48,542 nucleotides of DNA from a virus. Positions 24,583 through 35,277 of this stretch are shown piece by piece; position 1 is the stretch's first letter, and each line of letters opens with the position of its first letter. Position numbers and translations under genes: made by a program. Under the pieces are notes generated by a model. It made no database searches. It was not told the origin of the DNA and saw only the letters and a list, made by a program, of their open reading frames with translations. The DNA lies in IMG/VR virus record IMGVR_UViG_3300038545_000026, positions 1 through 48,542 of that record. One strand, written 5' to 3'.

Positions 24583-25460
24583 TATTCGTAGGTTATTATT
24601 ATAGATGCCGCTCTAAGAGTGTTATTCACAGTTGTATTTCTGTAAAAAAATCTTATAATACTATCATCACTTAAATTACTATGATTCTCTATTGTAAAAT
24701 CATGTGTATTTCCGTTTGATATGTTTGTAAATGTAAACTGTTCTGCATTTACTATTACTTGTATATTGCTTTCGTCAGGGGAATCCATGACTTCAAAATA
24801 AAACTCTAAATCCATGCTGGCTGTATTAGATCCAGCGGTACCCAAATAGAATGTTATACCTGTTATTTGAGACACTCCTTTTAACGGTATTCCTACAGGG
24901 TCGCTAGCGGTGTAAACAGGTATAGAGCCTTGACCGTAAATAGTAGTTGAATTTCCGCTCATTGGGTTTGAAGCACCTCTCCATCCTCTCCAATCATTAA
25001 CTGCGGTAGATAATATAGCGTAATATGTTGTTAATTGCTTTTCACTAGAACCGCCACCTCCACCAGTATCATCTTCATTTTCCCATTTTTCAGTAGTAGA
25101 GTTATATTTTAATATCTGACCATTGGTCGGAGTAGATATATCAACATCAGTATTATCGTTAAGACTAAAAGGAGGCAAGTCACCGTTTTCATAGAAAGCC
25201 GGATAACCTAAGTCTATTAATCTTTGAGCTAATTGAACTATGGACGTAAAAGTTTCTTCTGTATTACTACCTGTTTCATCATAGAGCGAAACATCGTCAT
25301 ATCTATATCCATTAGTTTCCCCAATTATTCTTCCAAAATTAGAACGCAATTTTATATAATCACCATCAAATATAGAGATTAAGTCACTTGCTCCGTATTC
25401 AAATGAATCCCAGAAATGAATGAAATTTTTGTTACCAAACTTACGAATTATTAATGTCAT
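24582..25460 (-). CDS. tail fibre-like protein (292 aa)
   Basis: Position in the fibre module and a Gly-rich linker DDTGGGGGSS between two domains. Confidence 0.55.
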   Translation of the reverse strand: MTLIIRKFGNKNFIHFWDSFEYGASDLISIFDGDYIKLRSNFGRIIGETNGYRYDDVSLYDETGSNTEETFTSIVQLAQRLIDLGYPAFYENGDLPPFSLNDNTDVDISTPTNGQILKYNSTTEKWENEDDTGGGGGSSEKQLTTYYAILSTAVNDWRGWRGASNPMSGNSTTIYGQGSIPVYTASDPVGIPLKGVSQITGITFYLGTAGSNTASMDLEFYFEVMDSPDESNIQVIVNAEQFTFTNISNGNTHDFTIENHSNLSDDSIIRFFYRNTTVNNTLRAASIIITYE

Positions 25461-26109
25461 ATTCTTTAACTTTATTATATGCTTCTATTTCTGAATCAAA
25501 TCTACCTATTTGTTTTGTTTTTCCATTTTTTGTTAAATAAGCCTTCCATCTATTAGTTTGCTTACATAAACTAACACCTTTATATTTTGAGCTAAAACTA
25601 CGTCTACTAATTTTTATTTCCCTACCTAGCTTTATGCTTTCTACAGCATCTAAGTAGCATCTCATAGCTTCAATTTCTTTTTCAAAAATACCCAAATAAA
25701 TTACTTTATTTTTGTATTCTATTTGAGACTTCCATTTACCTAGTCTATCAACCCAATGAACCCCACTATAAATACTGCTATGTTTTTTCTTTTTGTCTTG
25801 AGCATTTTCCCTAAAAGACACACGCTTTAGGTTTTCCAACCTATTATCGCTCCTATTATGATTTATATGATGAGTTACATCTTTATCAAGTTTACCTAGA
25901 AATGATAATAAAACTAAATTATGAACACCGAAACGCTTCATCGAATTATTTTTGTATAAATTAACTCTATGGTATCCGTCTTTATCTTTTATATTTTTTA
26001 AAACCTTTTCACTATAAGAGCTTTTAATACTACCTTTATTCGATACCTTATAAAGCCCTTCATACCCAGGGATATCTTTCCATATATCATTTCTTATTGT
26101 TAAGCTCAT
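25441..26109 (-). CDS. HNH homing endonuclease with NUMOD4 and two AP2 DNA-binding domains
   Basis: WKDIPGYEGLYKVSNKGSIKS (NUMOD4), HHINHNRSDNRLENL (HNH_3), YSGVHWVDRLGKWKSQI and YKGVSLCKQTNRWKAYL (AP2). Confidence 0.85.
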   Translation of the reverse strand: MSLTIRNDIWKDIPGYEGLYKVSNKGSIKSSYSEKVLKNIKDKDGYHRVNLYKNNSMKRFGVHNLVLLSFLGKLDKDVTHHINHNRSDNRLENLKRVSFRENAQDKKKKHSSIYSGVHWVDRLGKWKSQIEYKNKVIYLGIFEKEIEAMRCYLDAVESIKLGREIKISRRSFSSKYKGVSLCKQTNRWKAYLTKNGKTKQIGRFDSEIEAYNKVKEYDINNS

Positions 26110-27083
26110 TACCTTGCGTTATGTGTTTTAGTTGATGCAATATATCTTGTGTTAATATCTACGTTAACAGATGGGTTAATATATAGCTCTCCTCCGTATG
26201 TTTTAAAGTCTGCTTCAACTGGCAATATCCAAGAAACACTTACATAGTCATCCATACCATTAGCATCTAAAAATCTATGCGTAGCAGCCCTATAAACTAC
26301 TCCGTTAACTATAAACTTCAAGTGCATATACTCGTTATTGTCATTTGGCGTTACTGCAGTACAAGTAAAATCAAACGTAACAACGTCACCATCATATATA
26401 GGTGTTAATTTAGCGTTGCCATCCAATAAAGTTAAACCTCCGTTGCTAGATTCCGTACCTGCAAATGCTATTAAATTGTCTGTACTTGCAGTTAATGTTT
26501 GAGTAGAAACAAAATCACCTCTACTGTGCCATCCTGTGTAATCTATCTGTGGACTTGTATATTTTGGTGATAACGCTAATTTTCGGTCATTGCGATAAAA
26601 ACCAAAACCATCTACGTTTACAGAGTAACTTGTAGGTATTGCTGCGTTAGTGTCAATCTCTATTTGAAACTCTATATTGTCGCCCTTTGATAAAGACGTT
26701 ACATATTGCTCTTGACCTATCCATAGACCACTATCATCTGAAGATAAGGTGAACTCCATTACAGTGTGTTCAAATGTATTTCTAAATATCTTTACTCTAC
26801 CTGTAACTTGTTCACTTGAATTATTCATTAATTGAACACTAAACCAATAATTACCACCATCTGCTAATACTGTACCTTTATTCGCAATACTTACAGTTGT
26901 GTTGTTGTTTACAGGATCTGAATTTGTTACTTTAATGCTTTTGTTTCCATTGAAAGCCACATTTGCATCATACGTCACTGACCCAGAGTTAGTAGCCGAC
27001 CATGTACCCTCGTTTTGAAACGTAAAAAATGGATTTACTACGTTGTTTCCGTATATTCTTGAATTTCTATCTATTGCTCCCAT
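26109..27083 (-). CDS. receptor-binding/fibre protein with a CBM-like N-terminal domain
   Basis: NPFFTFQNEGTWSATNSGSVTYD..FNGNKSIKVTN resembles carbohydrate-binding module 4/9-type openings. Confidence 0.55.
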   Translation of the reverse strand: MGAIDRNSRIYGNNVVNPFFTFQNEGTWSATNSGSVTYDANVAFNGNKSIKVTNSDPVNNNTTVSIANKGTVLADGGNYWFSVQLMNNSSEQVTGRVKIFRNTFEHTVMEFTLSSDDSGLWIGQEQYVTSLSKGDNIEFQIEIDTNAAIPTSYSVNVDGFGFYRNDRKLALSPKYTSPQIDYTGWHSRGDFVSTQTLTASTDNLIAFAGTESSNGGLTLLDGNAKLTPIYDGDVVTFDFTCTAVTPNDNNEYMHLKFIVNGVVYRAATHRFLDANGMDDYVSVSWILPVEADFKTYGGELYINPSVNVDINTRYIASTKTHNAR

Positions 27084-27568
27084 TAGTCTAATACATTATA
27101 ATTAAAATCAAAAGCGAAAAATTCACTTATTCCTAAAGTTCCATTTAATTTAAAGATGTTGCTACCTAAAGTTAAGTGCGCTGTATCTGTGCTGCTGTTT
27201 CCACCAATACAGTTATATATGTTTGCGTCTTGTAAATATTCAGCAGATGTAATCGTAAATATATTAGGATAACTCAAAGGATTTGATGTGTTATTAAATA
27301 TTGTCCCATTCATATTCACGTTTCTACCTATTTTAGTAATAGTTACATTATATATAACATCGTTTCCAAACTTAGTAGTTATAACCTGTGATTCTGGACT
27401 TTGATTTGTCCTATCAGTTATTGATGTTGGATAGAAATTCTCTAACAAACTATCCTCTATATCTACTGCATCTCCAACACCTAGAACTTGTCTAACTTCA
27501 ACTGCCGAATTTAAACCTCCGTCATTAATAGATGCTATTTTGTTTTTTATTTCTGTTTTTGTACTCAT
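27083..27568 (-). CDS. tail/baseplate protein (161 aa)
   Basis: Position, ATGA coupling. Confidence 0.55.
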   Translation of the reverse strand: MSTKTEIKNKIASINDGGLNSAVEVRQVLGVGDAVDIEDSLLENFYPTSITDRTNQSPESQVITTKFGNDVIYNVTITKIGRNVNMNGTIFNNTSNPLSYPNIFTITSAEYLQDANIYNCIGGNSSTDTAHLTLGSNIFKLNGTLGISEFFAFDFNYNVLD

Positions 27569-27570
27569 AT

Positions 27571-28749
27571 CTAATCTGTAAAAAAGTCTTGGTTATTAAA
27601 ATCACTTCCGTTAAAATCTGCATCAGCCAACGTAAAACACCATGTTTCTGTATCTTCTATTGCTTCATTAGTATCTGTTAGTGCGCTAACTAAGCCTGCT
27701 GTTACGTGTATATGGTAAGTGCTATTTGCTGGGTTTTGTATTACACTTCCTGCTATGTCTACTCTTAATTTATTCTCTTGGAAAACACTCATTGAGCCTT
27801 CATTAAAACTATCTATAAAAGTAGTTCCATCGTAAACTGTTATAGTTCCTGTGTTTATTTCTATTGGAACATTCCAAGTTACTTCAAATTTAGTAAATGT
27901 TGTTCCTGTTATATAATTACCATGTGGTTCAAAAAATATAGGTTGTAGCCCTTCAAATATTTGGTAGTTGTAAGTGTATGTATCTCTATCATTGACCGAA
28001 GCTTCAAAATTCAAGTTCATTAAATTTGATTTACCTTGCCTAGAATCAACATTTACAACAGGATTTGTGGTTATCCTTTTATTATCTATATAAATTGTAT
28101 CGTGAGAAAACAATTTCTGCAATCTTAAAAATATAAAGTAATCTGCATTTTCACAGAAATACGTATCTTTTATATTTGTCAAGAGCCTAGTTGATATTGA
28201 ATTTCCTGTTGATAACTGATAATACTCTCCTACTTCTGTTTTGTTATCAGGTAGTTTGTATTCGCATTTAAGCCTTATAGATTGATACTTTAATGAGCTT
28301 TCATAGTCTATATCTAATAAATTTCCGTTATTAATATAGTCAAACCTATAAGTCTTATCTATTCTTTTGTTAGTTATTTTAATAGGTCTTGTGTAGTAGC
28401 TTCTGTTTGATGGAGGGTGTGTTATTTTTATACACACATTTCTACCATGAAAATCTTCTCCAATACCTATTATCTCAATATTGTTTTGTGTATTCCCATT
28501 GTAGTCAATATATTCTTCTATGAATACATTATTAGTTATTACTTTTAATTCTGTATCACAAAGACCAACAACTCTAGCTTCAAACTCACCAGCAAAACTT
28601 AAACCACCTTCATAGTTTGTTTTCTGCATATATGATTCATCAGGAGATAACTGTATAGCTTCATACTGCCTTATCTGTATATTCTTCAGTCTTTCATCGA
28701 CTAAAGATTCTTCAATTGAGTTGTATAATTTTAAAAAGCTAAAATCCAT
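27571..28749 (-). CDS. baseplate/tail protein (392 aa)
   Basis: Position downstream of the large tail protein. Confidence 0.55.
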   Translation of the reverse strand: MDFSFLKLYNSIEESLVDERLKNIQIRQYEAIQLSPDESYMQKTNYEGGLSFAGEFEARVVGLCDTELKVITNNVFIEEYIDYNGNTQNNIEIIGIGEDFHGRNVCIKITHPPSNRSYYTRPIKITNKRIDKTYRFDYINNGNLLDIDYESSLKYQSIRLKCEYKLPDNKTEVGEYYQLSTGNSISTRLLTNIKDTYFCENADYFIFLRLQKLFSHDTIYIDNKRITTNPVVNVDSRQGKSNLMNLNFEASVNDRDTYTYNYQIFEGLQPIFFEPHGNYITGTTFTKFEVTWNVPIEINTGTITVYDGTTFIDSFNEGSMSVFQENKLRVDIAGSVIQNPANSTYHIHVTAGLVSALTDTNEAIEDTETWCFTLADADFNGSDFNNQDFFTD

Positions 28750-31526
28750 TATAAATCTATTATTGCTTGTGTTAGGTCTGTTATATTATCAAATGTCGCT
28801 CCTTGAATCTCAAACCTATCATATTTTGTAAAGTTAACAATTTTTATATTATTTTCATCAAATATAGCTAGGTACTCTCCTTGTGTTTCATATCCTATGT
28901 TATCATCATAGGTCGCTCCATCAATTATTAAATTATCTCCATCTCTTGTTATTACTATTATATCACTTTCTTTTCTTTCTTCTGCATTAGAAGATAACAA
29001 GCTAGTAGCCCAAGTATAACCAAAATCTTTAGGGTAAACTTTTTTCATTAATCCATTCGTGTCTTGAACTCTAATAAATCCTCCAACTGTAGCTAATTGT
29101 TGATATTTTCTAATTAAAGTAAGCATATCTTCATAACCTACAATAAGTTCTATATCATACATCTTAGGAGTTAAAATTGCTCCTTGAATATTATCTAAAA
29201 CAATGTCTGCATTTTCTTGGTAGATTTCACCTCCATTAAATTGAGTTCTTAATTCACCATTGTTTTTGAAGTATGTGTTTTTAACGTCATCTTCTATGTA
29301 TTCAGCACAAGTACTTATATATGATTCCCAATGAACCAAATTTCGTCTAATAGTATATCTAAGGTTTCCAAATCTTTCTGGATTACTTATACCTTCGATT
29401 AAATCAAACTGCTCATTGGTTCTGTTAGTCCAAAGCACATTACTTAAAGGATATTCAACAGTAGTTAAAGAAACTCCGTTAAATCCACTAGGAGAACCAA
29501 ATAACGTTATAATATTATCTTCTATTGCTGTTACCGAGTAGACTCCTTGATTCTCACCCTCTGTTATTTCAAAGTCAGCAACTCCAATATCAAAACCTAA
29601 TAAAGCCCAACTTGGTAAATCTGCGTCTTTAAGTAATTTCAGCTCATTGCCATCTACTTGATGCGTCATTGATGAAGTAAAGCCATTTCTAGCGCTAGGA
29701 GGTAATGGTATCATATCCATTACATGATTCTTGTCGTCACCATCTAAAGATGTTGTTGTTTTAACGGTTTGTCGCCTTTGACTTTCTATTTTAGCTCCAT
29801 CAAATATATCATCTATCTGTATTAGTTTAGTTGCTTTTGCTTTCTTGTTATTAATAGAGAATTGAGCTTCTGTATGTACACTTTCAAGGGTGTTTTCTTC
29901 ATCTCTATCTTTTTCATAGTTTGTAAATCTCCACTCTAAAAGATTTACTCTATATCTTGGGTTGTAGGTTCTTTTAAACTCTTGGTTTGGAGCTAGTAGA
30001 AATCCACCATTATCTACATTGTCATAGAATTTATTGTACTGTAAAGTAAACGCATCTTGCTCATTGATTTGAATATCAGCATTGAACAACATAAGGTTTT
30101 CTCTCCTATCCTTAAATGTCACATAGAAAGGAACATCATCACGTTGTCTTATTAAGTTTCCACTAAAAGCAAACAAGTTGTAAAATTGCCCTCCTTGGTC
30201 AAACTCTGGAGAAATTAAATCAAATCCATTAATAGCTTTTAATGATTGTTTAGCTAAATCAATATATCTAGCGGCATTTATAACTGTATCTATTGCTGTT
30301 GATGTTACTGATATTTTTTTATTTCCGCTTATCCATTCTGTTATAGTTCCGTTTCTTCCCATACTCCAATACAAGCATAATCTTGATCCTCTAGGTATAT
30401 TTTGTATTAAATATTCCCCATTTTGAATTTCAACATCAGGCAGAGTAATGTCATATCTGTCTGCGTAACCACCAAGATTTGTTAATCCAAATCTATCTAT
30501 ACTTTCAGTACCTATAAATTGATATGAAAATACATCTTGATTTACAAAATTCGCTGTTTCGTCTGGATGCTTGAAGTTGAAACTGAAACTATCTATTACA
30601 TCTGATTGTGTGTAATTGTTTAGATTTTGAGGCAAAACAACACCTGTAAGTGATATAATTCTGAAATTTCCCCATCCACTTGCAAAATCAACGCCTTGCT
30701 GTATAAAATATGAAAATTTAAAATCTGAAAGTTTAATTGTCACATTTGTTAAATCCTCTTGTGCATCTATATATCCAAAATTATAAATTTTATTATATCT
30801 GTTTGGATCTCCAGTATAAGTTGTCATTGTTCGGTCTATGAAAGATAAGTTTCCTTCTATTGTATTTTGAGCAACAACATTTATAGGATTTTGATTGTGT
30901 AGATGAAAAGTTTCATTTCCAGTTATAGTATATGTATAAGCCCAATAAGGTTTGCTTAATCTCCATTGACCATTATAGTTTTCAGGTTTAGCTTTTAGTA
31001 AAACTCTTTCAGTAGACAAAGGCGTTATGGTATTTCCATCCAAATCTACGTCTGAAAACATATCTATCTTAGTATCTTCTCGTCGTTTTGCTAATGCCCT
31101 ATCGGATGCTTGTATGATTTTACATTTAAAATAAGTGCTTTCGTCTGTTTCACTTCCTTCCATATGAACCTCTCCAGTAACAAACTCAATTCCATTTTGT
31201 TCTAGGATATACTCTATTTCGCTTTCTGCTCCGTATCTTTTGTCGTATTCAAAAATATGCTCAATGGCGTGACCTAGCTTATCTACGACTAGAGTATTTG
31301 GCAATTGATAAGGTGTTTCTGCTTGCTCAAAGAACCCTTTGTAAAATTCCAAGTTAGATTCTTCATTCATTAAAGTAATATCTCTAGCGTAACCTTTCTC
31401 GTTTTGCTCAATGACAAACTGTGACGCATCAAACTTAACAAGTTCAGATATTTCTACCCTACCTGTGTCATCATTCTTAAAGTTTAAGAAATGTCTAAAT
31501 TGCCTTAATTCTATTGGGTCTGCCAT
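28749..31526 (-). CDS. large distal-tail/baseplate hub protein (925 aa)
   Basis: Immediately downstream of the tape measure gene, ATGA coupling. Confidence 0.6.
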   Translation of the reverse strand: MADPIELRQFRHFLNFKNDDTGRVEISELVKFDASQFVIEQNEKGYARDITLMNEESNLEFYKGFFEQAETPYQLPNTLVVDKLGHAIEHIFEYDKRYGAESEIEYILEQNGIEFVTGEVHMEGSETDESTYFKCKIIQASDRALAKRREDTKIDMFSDVDLDGNTITPLSTERVLLKAKPENYNGQWRLSKPYWAYTYTITGNETFHLHNQNPINVVAQNTIEGNLSFIDRTMTTYTGDPNRYNKIYNFGYIDAQEDLTNVTIKLSDFKFSYFIQQGVDFASGWGNFRIISLTGVVLPQNLNNYTQSDVIDSFSFNFKHPDETANFVNQDVFSYQFIGTESIDRFGLTNLGGYADRYDITLPDVEIQNGEYLIQNIPRGSRLCLYWSMGRNGTITEWISGNKKISVTSTAIDTVINAARYIDLAKQSLKAINGFDLISPEFDQGGQFYNLFAFSGNLIRQRDDVPFYVTFKDRRENLMLFNADIQINEQDAFTLQYNKFYDNVDNGGFLLAPNQEFKRTYNPRYRVNLLEWRFTNYEKDRDEENTLESVHTEAQFSINNKKAKATKLIQIDDIFDGAKIESQRRQTVKTTTSLDGDDKNHVMDMIPLPPSARNGFTSSMTHQVDGNELKLLKDADLPSWALLGFDIGVADFEITEGENQGVYSVTAIEDNIITLFGSPSGFNGVSLTTVEYPLSNVLWTNRTNEQFDLIEGISNPERFGNLRYTIRRNLVHWESYISTCAEYIEDDVKNTYFKNNGELRTQFNGGEIYQENADIVLDNIQGAILTPKMYDIELIVGYEDMLTLIRKYQQLATVGGFIRVQDTNGLMKKVYPKDFGYTWATSLLSSNAEERKESDIIVITRDGDNLIIDGATYDDNIGYETQGEYLAIFDENNIKIVNFTKYDRFEIQGATFDNITDLTQAIIDL

Positions 31527-34465
31527 TATACTATTCTACCTTTTAATCTTAAAACGTTGTTTTGGTATTCTTTGATTTGTCCTTGCTTTGTTCCATAGAC
31601 CGAAACTCCGTTTTTGTCTAAGTTCATTACAAAGCTCTCCTTGTTATTTATATCACTTCTCAATCCTCTTATCTCTCTTACAAAGTCCTCTTTTTTAAGT
31701 CCGTCATTGTTGATATTTACCATTGGCAACAGTCCGCTACTTAAAATACCGTTGTCGTCTAAAATACCACTTAATTCTTTATTAAAGTATTCTGAATGAC
31801 TTGTATAAACTTTATCACCAGCAGCCATGTATCTCATATTCGCCCCATCTTCTCCTAAACTCTTAATATTACCCCATCTATCGGTATGCACTTCAGGTCT
31901 TTTTTCGTCTACTAAAGCCCATCCCTCTTGTGCGTTCATTGTTCCTCTAAAGTATTCAGGTACAGATTGACTAGATATGGTTGCTATTTGAGCTGCGCCC
32001 AATGCTCCTACTAATACAGCTAATGGTATTGCTGCAGGAAATCCTGGATTAGCCCAAAGACCGATAATAGCTTGCGCAGTATCTATAACAGCATTAAATA
32101 TTGCAGTCTCCTTTTTAGCTTTTGCTTCACGCCTTAATAATGCTTTTTTCTTAGCTTCATATTGTCGGTCAATCTCTTCTCTAGCAGTTGTGCTTTCTCC
32201 AGCAAATTGTATTGATATATCGCGTTCTAGTTCAAGTCTTTCAAACTGGTCATTGAAATATTGATTTTGTGCGCTATTAAGGAAATTATAAAGCTCTTGA
32301 CCTACTTCCATTATAGTATTAGCCCATACAGCCCACTTATCTTGTGAAGCGTCAAGCATTTCTTCAAACTCATCAAATTCAGTTATTAAATTTCCTATAA
32401 AGTCTAAACCTAAATCGCTAAAGAAATCTGAAGTAAACCCACTAAGAAAATCATCCGACTTCTCTCTCAATGCTTCTATCTTCTCAATAGCCTTATCCAT
32501 GTTCTCCTCAAACTCAGGCATCAAAGCTACTGCTTCTTCCATTTCTGAATTTGAACCATTGAGCGCAGCCTCCCAAAACTCTATTTGCCTAGTCAAGTCA
32601 GCATAAGCTTCTGTATTCATTGGAACTAATGACCTTAACTCTTTCAGGTATCTTATTTGATTTATATAGAACTGCTCTGAACCGATTACAGGAAACGGAT
32701 CTTGTTCTTTTTCTTTTTTATTGTTTTTTACAGCCTTAGTGTTATTTTCCCATGCCTTTTTTTCTAGTTCAAGCCTAGCTATGTTTTTAAGTATTTCAGG
32801 AGCTTGTTCTTTAGTAGAATCTATAAGTTTTTCTCTTTCAACTTTTAATTCAGCCAAAACAACCGCTAAAGTCCTACCTTGTTCTATTTCCTTTTTATCG
32901 GCTGGTGCTTTTTGAGTTTTTAATAGGTTTATGTATTCTTCAATAGCTTTATATTGCCCTCTTAACACGCCAACGGTCTCTTCCATTGCCTTTGTATCTT
33001 CATTTTTAAGAAAAATATCCCATTTCTTTAATCTTTGAAGTTCTTCTTGGGCGACAATAAACTTATCTTCTATATCTGATTGCTGCTCTCTTAATTGCTG
33101 TATTCTTTCAAATTTAGGTATGGTTTCATCCATACCATCTTGAAGTTCCTTAAAATAATCTGCGTAAGCTTGGTTTTCAGCTAATCCTTCATCGCCAATG
33201 AGCAAATCGTTTATCTCTAAAATAATACCTGACAAATTTCTAAGGACACCTTCCCAAACTCTACCAACTCCGCTTCCATTGTTTAGAGTTTCAATAAACA
33301 TAGTCCAAGAAGTGTTAAGATTTTGAGTAGCTGTTTGTAATGTCTCAACCTTATCAATGGTATCTAAACCAAATGCATTCTCAATTTCGATTCTCAATTT
33401 AGGAAGTAAATCAGATGCTAAAACTTCTCCTTTCTTTAGCATTCCATCTAATTCAGATGAAGTAACGCCCATTGCTTTTGCAGCTAAATCAAAAGCTCCA
33501 GGGAGCCTTTCACCCAACTGTCTACGTAATTCTTCTGTAGTAACCTTTCCTTTAGATAGCATTTGCTCTAATGCTAGGTATATTCCAGAAAGCTCATCAG
33601 TTTTAAGACCTAATACCGCAGAAGCCTCTGTTACCGTTTCAAATATAGCTTCCACTTCTTTTAATTCAAGACCAGCGTTTCTAGCGGCAACAGAGAATTT
33701 AACATACCTTTCAGATGTAGTCAACAGGTCTGCGCCGTATTTTAATGATATTTCGTTCAAGAATGCTCTTGTTCTCGCTAATTCACCCTCATTCTCAATG
33801 ACCGCTTCAAGAGTAAAGTTTAGCTTATCCAACTCCTTAATAGTGTCAATTGTTCCAGTAACAAAATCAGCAAACAATGTTACACCACCAACCACTCCAA
33901 AAGCACCGATTAGATTTTTAAAACCTCTAACTGCACTACCTAATCCTGTTTTGCCGAAATTGGAAGTTGCCTTATTTGCTTCGTTTACTCTTTTTGTTAA
34001 TTTGTCATATTCTTTTTGAGCTATTTTTACTTGTGAGTTATTCTTTCCATTAGCAAAAATAAGGTCTTGCAACCTTGTTTTAGCTATTTTTCTTTGAGCA
34101 TTAAGCCTAGCATAAGCGCCAACTATTTTAGATTTAGACTGTGCTTCTAAATCAGAAGCCCTAGCTAAAGCTCTTTGGTTTACTATTTCCTCAGAAGTTC
34201 TTTGTTTTAACTTCTGTTTTGTGGTTATTAGTTGTTTTAATTTTTCGTCTTGCTTTTGAAGTTTAGAGTTTAGTTTATCTATAAGCTCTCCTTGTTCCTT
34301 AATCTTTGCATTGACCGAATCAGGAGTGCCGCTATTTTTGTTTAAAACTTGTGATAACGTCTTATTTAGGCTGATTAATTCTCGGTCAAGGTCTTTAACT
34401 TCTTGCTTAATAGAATCAATTAATTCTAAGGACTTCTTCTGTATGTCTGAAAAACTATTTGGCAT
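31526..34465 (-). CDS. tail tape measure protein
   Basis: About 980 aa, coiled-coil rich, with a TP901-type core (LSGIYLALEQMLSKGKVTTEELRRQLGERLPGAFDLAAKAMGVTSSEL). The track start at 34498 is also possible. Confidence 0.85.
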   Translation of the reverse strand: MPNSFSDIQKKSLELIDSIKQEVKDLDRELISLNKTLSQVLNKNSGTPDSVNAKIKEQGELIDKLNSKLQKQDEKLKQLITTKQKLKQRTSEEIVNQRALARASDLEAQSKSKIVGAYARLNAQRKIAKTRLQDLIFANGKNNSQVKIAQKEYDKLTKRVNEANKATSNFGKTGLGSAVRGFKNLIGAFGVVGGVTLFADFVTGTIDTIKELDKLNFTLEAVIENEGELARTRAFLNEISLKYGADLLTTSERYVKFSVAARNAGLELKEVEAIFETVTEASAVLGLKTDELSGIYLALEQMLSKGKVTTEELRRQLGERLPGAFDLAAKAMGVTSSELDGMLKKGEVLASDLLPKLRIEIENAFGLDTIDKVETLQTATQNLNTSWTMFIETLNNGSGVGRVWEGVLRNLSGIILEINDLLIGDEGLAENQAYADYFKELQDGMDETIPKFERIQQLREQQSDIEDKFIVAQEELQRLKKWDIFLKNEDTKAMEETVGVLRGQYKAIEEYINLLKTQKAPADKKEIEQGRTLAVVLAELKVEREKLIDSTKEQAPEILKNIARLELEKKAWENNTKAVKNNKKEKEQDPFPVIGSEQFYINQIRYLKELRSLVPMNTEAYADLTRQIEFWEAALNGSNSEMEEAVALMPEFEENMDKAIEKIEALREKSDDFLSGFTSDFFSDLGLDFIGNLITEFDEFEEMLDASQDKWAVWANTIMEVGQELYNFLNSAQNQYFNDQFERLELERDISIQFAGESTTAREEIDRQYEAKKKALLRREAKAKKETAIFNAVIDTAQAIIGLWANPGFPAAIPLAVLVGALGAAQIATISSQSVPEYFRGTMNAQEGWALVDEKRPEVHTDRWGNIKSLGEDGANMRYMAAGDKVYTSHSEYFNKELSGILDDNGILSSGLLPMVNINNDGLKKEDFVREIRGLRSDINNKESFVMNLDKNGVSVYGTKQGQIKEYQNNVLRLKGRIV

Positions 34466-35087
34466 TTTTTCTCTTTTGTTCGTTGATTTGCTCTGCAAGC
34501 TTTACTGCTTCTAGCCATTTCAAAGCACTATCTTTGTTTGTATCTATTTTCAAGCCTGTTACATACTCAACTGATACAACTTGTTTTTCAAGTGTCGTTG
34601 GTGTGTCATCTAGGCTATATTTTTGTTTTAAATCTTCAAGTTCTGATACTTTTAGGTTTATTTTGTTTTCACTTGCTTTGTGTTGGTTTAAAAGTCTTTT
34701 TATCTCCTTTAATTTACCATTGGTCGAGTTCGCAATTTTCCTATTCCATTTATACCTCCATTCCGCCAATGCTTCAATGTACATTTCAAGAGTTTCATTG
34801 TCCATTTCTCGAACAAACATTTGCTCTAGCAGTTTCTTTACAATGTTGTATCTAGTTTGTAGATAAACAACATCTGAAACCAATTGATAATAGTAAGCCA
34901 TTTCGTTATCATCTATTAATTCGATCCATTCATTTTTTATAGCTTGCCATCTTTCGTTAGCTCCTTTTGGCACTTTTATTTCGTCATATCCATTATATCC
35001 AACGACCAAGTACCTGTAATCGTTAGTTTTACTTATAATGTCAAAGTTTTTTATCGGTATATCACCGCAGCTTTTATACAAATGCAT
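34455..35087 (-). CDS. tail assembly chaperone candidate (210 aa)
   Basis: Position directly upstream of the tape measure gene only. Confidence 0.45.
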   Translation of the reverse strand: MHLYKSCGDIPIKNFDIISKTNDYRYLVVGYNGYDEIKVPKGANERWQAIKNEWIELIDDNEMAYYYQLVSDVVYLQTRYNIVKKLLEQMFVREMDNETLEMYIEALAEWRYKWNRKIANSTNGKLKEIKRLLNQHKASENKINLKVSELEDLKQKYSLDDTPTTLEKQVVSVEYVTGLKIDTNKDSALKWLEAVKLAEQINEQKRKNAK

Positions 35088-35277
35088 AATGTAGTTTTTA
35101 ATTAGAGTTGTGAAATTTTGGTCATTGAACTCAAAGGAATAGAGTGTTTACAGTTTGTGAAGTCTCATCGTAACAAGAAACCGTAAGGCTTATGACTTAG
35201 AAGCAAATATATAAAAAAAACAACAAAGTACATAATTCATTAAAACGCACCATGTACAGGCGTTGTAAAACATTAAG

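Noticed and set aside
34455-34470. Slippery-looking A_AAA_AAT at the chaperone/TMP overlap as a -1 frameshift site
   Set aside because: Frame arithmetic shows the TMP frame is +1, not -1, relative to the upstream ORF. A fusion of 210 plus 980 aa would be implausible, so ordinary overlapping stop/start is the simpler reading.
31614-34866. Several long + strand ORFs antisense to the tape measure and chaperone genes (31614..31799, 32721..32915, 33357..34019 at 220 aa, 34311..34514, 34459..34866, 34538..34855)
   Set aside because: They are low-complexity S/L/F/P-rich translations produced by the reverse complement of K/E/A-rich coiled-coil codons. They overlap a strongly supported TMP gene and show no domain-like motifs.
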